Part shown: positions 58,547 to 64,000 of the stretch, in pieces | Position numbering within the stretch: position 1 is the stretch's first letter | Layout: each line of letters opens with the position of its first letter | NCBI RefSeq assembly: GCF_018977255.1 | Contig: NW_024704746.1 | Location: 68,076,001 to 68,140,000 of the forward strand | Direction of reading: 5' to 3' | DNA length: 64,000 nucleotides | DNA from: Callorhinchus milii | Lineage: Eukaryota | Translations under genes and position numbers: made by a program | Notes under the pieces: generated by a model | What the model saw: the letters and a program-made list of their open reading frames with translations, nothing else | What the model was told of the DNA's origin: nothing | Databases searched by the model: none

Positions 58547-61500
58547 GGAGGGAAGCATCTTGCTTACCCAACTCTGGAGAGTATTCGATGCAGGTTGGCA
58601 AGAACAAAGTTTGGGGACCCAGAGTTGTGGTAACGGTTGGTGTCTCACCAGCTAAAGCTACGTAGCTTGCCATTGAAAGCATTGTCTTGTCCAGCTCGGA
58701 CCACCCTATCCATTAGGGCTTTGTAAGGTTGGAGTCCTGTAGCTCAGTGGTTAGAGCACTCGCTTTGCAAGCGAGAGACCTGAGTTCAATTCCAGGCTGA
58801 GGGCGAAACCTCGGGCAAGTTTCCTTACTAATAATAATCCTCCAAAACCAAAAACAATAATAAATTGGTCATTTTCAATCCATGACTGTCTGTGGGACAT
58901 TGCTGTGCGCAATTGGCTGCCGCATTTTCCCACAAATATACAGTCAATTCACTTTACAGTATATTCTGTGAAGCGCTTTGGGACGTCCTCCCGACGTGAA
59001 AAGCGCTATAACAAATGCGAGGATTATTATTATTTTATTATTAACAGGAGCTGAGGGGAAGGAACCTCTGCCCCCAGTGACGGGTCTGCCCCTCCAAGTC
59101 CTGCTGATGAGCCAGACTGCGCTGTGCTGTCACCAGTGCCAGAGTACTGCGGACACTCCTGGCTCAGGAGCCGACTGGAGCCAGCCCCAGAGCTGTTTCT
59201 TAAATGTGTCCCAGAGTCTTGACCTCAACCACCTTTCATGATAATCCACCCCAGACATTAACTCCATTCAGGGTAAAGAAATACCTGGTGATGACACTAA
59301 AATTGCCCTTTACCCCCCTAAGCCTTTGTCCTCTGGTCCTGCTGCCTCAGTGTATCTGAAAATATTGTTTTGGGCTTACAATCTCTTTTAAAATAGTCTC
59401 TTATTTATTGGAGACATCTTGAAGATGTGATGAAGATGCTATATCAAATGCAAGTATTATTATTATTGCATACCTCTATATCAAGCAATCAAGAAATATT
59501 CAATCAAGAAAATGTATTTTGTTGGTCGACCATAAAAGTTGTCAATCACTGCTCTCTGTGGTCCCCTCTGAGACACTTCTTTTCAACAGCTCTCATAAAA
59601 ACAAAATTGTTAGTCGTTCTTCAGAGCCCATTCCTCTAACAGACGGGATCATATTTGTTGCCAATCTCTGCACGACTTCCAGGGCCTATTTCCTCAGGTT
59701 AAGAGAGGTTGAACTTGACCATCACACAAACTCAAAGGTTTCTCAATCACCCTATTCTATACATTACCAAATCTCCGTATTGCTGAATCTTCGAGCTCTT
59801 TGTGTGTTCCTTCATGTCTCTGAACTGTGCTTCAAGTGTTGTCTCAGAAAGATTGACCTACGAAAAACAGTAACGACAACTTGCATTTATATAGTGCTCC
59901 TCATGTGGGTATAGTCCCAGAGCACTTGTAACATACAGTACAGGAAAATACTGTTGTGGTCTGGTAGTCGAATACCATAGCATCGGAATGAAAAGTAATG
60001 CTTCTATGTACCAGGGAACAGAAAACTGTTCCCTTTCGAGCTTCTCATGCCTGTGTCAACCACAGTCTGGTTTAGATAAAGAGTAAAGATCCCACTACGC
60101 TGCCCTCTCCAGCATTCCCAGGTCACTCACAGCGTGAGATACACATAAAATTCCATTTACTCAACAATAACCCAACAAATTGCATTTACACAGCACCTCC
60201 CACGTCAGGAGGACTGCCCAAGGTGCTGGACAGTCAAGGGTTTGCACCCGAGCTGGGCATTGGAGTCAAGAGGGGTGGAAGGCAAGGAGGGTGACAGTGG
60301 GAGGATGGGCAAAGGCATGGCTAAAGAGGAAGGTCTTGAGACGGGCCTTGAAGGAGGCAAGTGGGGGTACGAGGTGAAGGGACTCCGGGATAGAGTTCCA
60401 GAGGGTGGGGGCAGTGAGGCTGAAGGTCTGACCTCTGATGGTGGAGTGGGCAGTGGACCTGTAGCAGGCCAACACCTGCTGCATATTGGTGACAGGTTGG
60501 TAACATTTTAGTAGGTGGCAGAGGTCAGGGATGAGCAAAACCATGGAGGGCTTTAAAAGTGAGGACGAGGATCTTAAACTCAATCTTATACAAATGTAAT
60601 TGTTGTTGTTGGTGGTTTCTGGGGGATGGGGAGCCAGTGAAGTCGGGCGAGGATGGGGGTTAGTGCAGGAGAGGACAAGAGCTATGGAATTCGGAATAAG
60701 TGGTAATAAAATGTGCCATTTACCGAGTTACAGTGTTTCATCCAACTTTCACTGAATTCATCTGAAAGGTACACGTTTCTTTTTTTATCGAAGTTAGATC
60801 CGTAGCACACTGCATCGGGAGCCGCTGAAGTAACTGCATAAACTGTAAAACAAATGATTTGACTCAAAGTTAAACTAAATAAATATTCCGTATACTTTTT
60901 TTTAAAGGTCAGTTTAAATACCTTGGGTGTCCTCCTGGTTCAGTTGATAACATTCTCACCCTCTGGGTCAGAATACTGTGAATTAAGGGAACCTATTGGG
61001 GACTTTGAAATAATAGTCTACGCCAACACCCCATTGCAGTGCTGGGGGGAGCCCTGTATTGTTAGAGGTAGTGTCTCTTGGATAAGTCGTTAAAATTGGT
61101 CCTGTCTACCTGTTCAGGTGGACCTTAAGGATCCCAAAGGACTACAGGGGAGTCAGGCTCTGCCAGTGTTAAGTGCTCGGAGATGCTGCCCTGGGCGGAG
61201 GGCGCTATATAAGTGAAAGTTATTGTTGTTGGATTGAAGAAGGGAAACAAGTTTCTCCTGGTGTCCTGGCCAACAATCCCTCAGATAAAGATGGTCATTC
61301 ATGATGTCGCTCACAAAATACAGCCAAATCACCTTACAGTGTGTCCTGTGAAACGCTTTGAGACGTCTCAATGACATGATAAGGCGCTGTACCAAATGCC
61401 AGGACTATTATTATTATCAAATCCCGTTTCTATTTCCTTGTGGTAAACAGTGAGAACACAAAATGCACAACTGACCTTTGATATTGTTTGGGAGGCTCTT

Positions 61501-64000
61501 GAACATTGATCCGGAATGACATGCAGTAAGGTATATCACCATCTGAAAATATTTTTATTATTTTATTTAAATGGCCTTAAATTGCTAAAGAGTAAAAGTA
61601 TACAATCGTAGAAACATATTCTAACAAATACAGAACCAGAATCTGTCAGCGGAGGTTTCTTACTTTGCCGAACTGTTTCCTTTCTGCCATCTTTTTTATT
61701 GCATCCATGAAATCCTTTTCAGTCAACTGTTTGAAAGACAACATAGAGAAGGTCAAACAGAGGTTCAGCTCCAGAAACTCTTTCCCATCCTTTCACAATC
61801 CCTATCTTACCGTCTTCCATTACAAAATTGAGCTATTCCTTAAAAGTATTCAGTATCCTGTCTCAACTACTGTTTCAGGTAGAAAGAAAAAGAAAACATA
61901 TATATATTTTGATTTGCTAATGGATCAGCCAGGTGTCCGACACATGCAGAAACCATCACAGCAGAGTCTCCAAACCAATGTGTCCCGGCACAAGGAAACT
62001 CCCATCTCAGAATGGAATCTCTCTCCGGAAGGATGGACCCCATTTATAGAATTCCAGAGTGTATTAGCCACTGTGCTGCTGGAGACTAACCAGATTGTCA
62101 TTGAAAGCACTGTTTGACAACTTTCTGGTTGCTTGCCCGGCTTTGGCTTGCAGGGTCAACAGGAGGAGAGGGAAAACTCCCTGTCCCCACCAAGTCCTAC
62201 TGATGAGGATACTGGCTGGTCTGTCATCAACAGGACTTATAGAGTGGCTCAGAAACAGAACTGAGACCACACAGAGGATTGTCTTGATTCTGACATTCCC
62301 TTCCCAGCCATATCAGCTCCAAGAAGATGCTGCTTCCCTTCTCTCTCTCTATTTCCTTCATGTATGTGTGTGAGGTTCGAGTGAAGAAGCTCCTTTGGTT
62401 CACTTGATCTTGAGCTTTCCCCCATCACCCACTCCATCTAATGTCCTCCCATTACCGGATTTAGCTTTTTTTAATATAAAATATCCGAGATTCTGGCTTA
62501 ATGACTTAACTATGTAGAAAGAATGAAAGTAGAAAGAGCTTACATTTTTATAGTGTCTTATCGCCTTAAGACATCTAATTTTACTGTAAACATTGTCACA
62601 TATAGTGGCTGTTTTTGGCAGACAAACTCAGCAGCCATTTTGCTCATAGCAAAGTCCCACAAACAACCATGAAGTGAATCATTGATTCATCTGAAGTATT
62701 CTTGGCTGAGAGAAACCTGGTGCTCTTTGAGAAAGCTGTGGGTTATCTACCAGGGGACAGCACTTTTGGCAATGGGAGCAATCTCCCAGAGTTGTAGTGT
62801 AAGCCCAAGTCCCAACTTGGAGTCTGAACCCACTTCATGACAGATGGAGAGCCAGAGGGGGAGAAATGTGGAATCCTATAGCTCACTTGAGTGACAGATT
62901 TATTATTTAATCCACGACTGTTTGCTGGACACTGTTGTGTGCAATTGGCTGCTGTTTTTCGCTCACAAAATATACAGTCACTACACTTTACAGTATATTC
63001 TGTAACTGTAACTTCGCTTCTCTTACCATGGCAGTCTGATTAAGTTGTTCCAATATATTTTTGAGGTATTTTGCAGTCAGCTGTATGAAAAAGAAGATCA
63101 ATATATCATGAGATTAAGAGAAGTTTTGCACACTGTTGAGGGAAATTCCAACTATGTCTACATTTGGCAAATTCTTAAACACAGCTTTAAGTTTGAAGCA
63201 GTTTTCTATAAATGTAATGTTACTATCTCCATAAAAACTGATTTCACAATTTGCTCATTTCTGGACCCTCTAAAATGCTACATAAATAAATCAAGACCCA
63301 GGTGAAATTTCTCCACAATTCTTCCACAATACATATCCCACCACTTTCCCATTATAAATCCAGATGTTTCTTAAATAAGTCCAGTGTCCGGACCCAAGCG
63401 CCTAACCATGTAGAACAAAAGAAAAAATAATTTGAATATTTATAGAGTGTTATCACAATTAAAACACCTTAAAGCGTTTTGTGTCAAATATAGCAGCCAT
63501 TTTGCTCACCACAAACAACCATGAGATATAACCGACTGATCTAGGGTATTATTGGCCAGGCCACTACAATGAATTTCAGAATTTTTTTTCATGGCATCTT
63601 TAGCAAGCACCTGAACAGGCAGAGTGGGCCTCAGTTTAATGTCTCTTCCAAATGAGACAACCCCCTATAACACCTTGCTCCCCCCATTACTGCACTGGAG
63701 GGGGAGATCTCGTCCTGAAATGGGTTTGAGCCTGTAACCTTCTGACCCAGAAGCACAAGTTACCATGCGGAGACTTGATTAATGGGAGAAGGGATGTTTA
63801 TGTGCGATACTAAAATTGTTAACAAAGAGAATGTGTAACTCGAGGTCTCTTACTTTGGCAAGTTTATCCTTCAGTATTAAATTGGTGAGGTCTTCAGTCA
63901 ACTGATTGAAAGACAAGACAATAGACAATCAGACACAAGATCACAGGCAAACTTTCGATCAAAATTTAAAAACAACACCTGATCTCATCTTTGCACAATA

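Larger units (their letters stand above)
34012..62335 (+). repeat. Segmental duplication copy B
   Basis: Starts right after the N gap with the same SINE tail that starts copy A; homology lost after ~62335. Confidence 0.95.

Noticed and set aside
57561-58648. ORFs of 199-348 aa (VDEPL, PPAAR, SGSPT repeats)
   Set aside because: Translations of the 15-bp VNTR, open in several frames; absent at this length in copy A.

Overview
Vertebrate genomic DNA; the repeat content (CR1 and L2 LINEs, tRNA-derived Deu-type SINEs) suggests a cartilaginous fish, which is an inference. The window is two direct copies of a ~30.6 kb block: A ~3253-33550 and B 34012-~62335, separated by a 25-N assembly gap at 33987-34011. 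Each copy carries one + strand, 8-exon gene whose splice phases all join in frame (2943 nt, 980 aa). It encodes signal peptide, B7/butyrophilin-type IgV, acidic stalk, transmembrane helix, a 33-nt micro-exon with a YPNM motif, NACHT ATPase, about 6 LRRs and a helical tail. This is a predicted type I membrane receptor with an extracellular Ig domain and a cytoplasmic NLR module, and is the main candidate novel system. Upstream are internally duplicated modules with GC/CCAAT boxes, a C-rich then G-rich tandem array pair and an ISRE+GAS cluster. The rest is CR1/L2/SINE debris, minisatellites and an unexplained low-copy repeat. Exon structure is deduced from sequence only, with no transcript evidence, and repeat boundaries are approximate.
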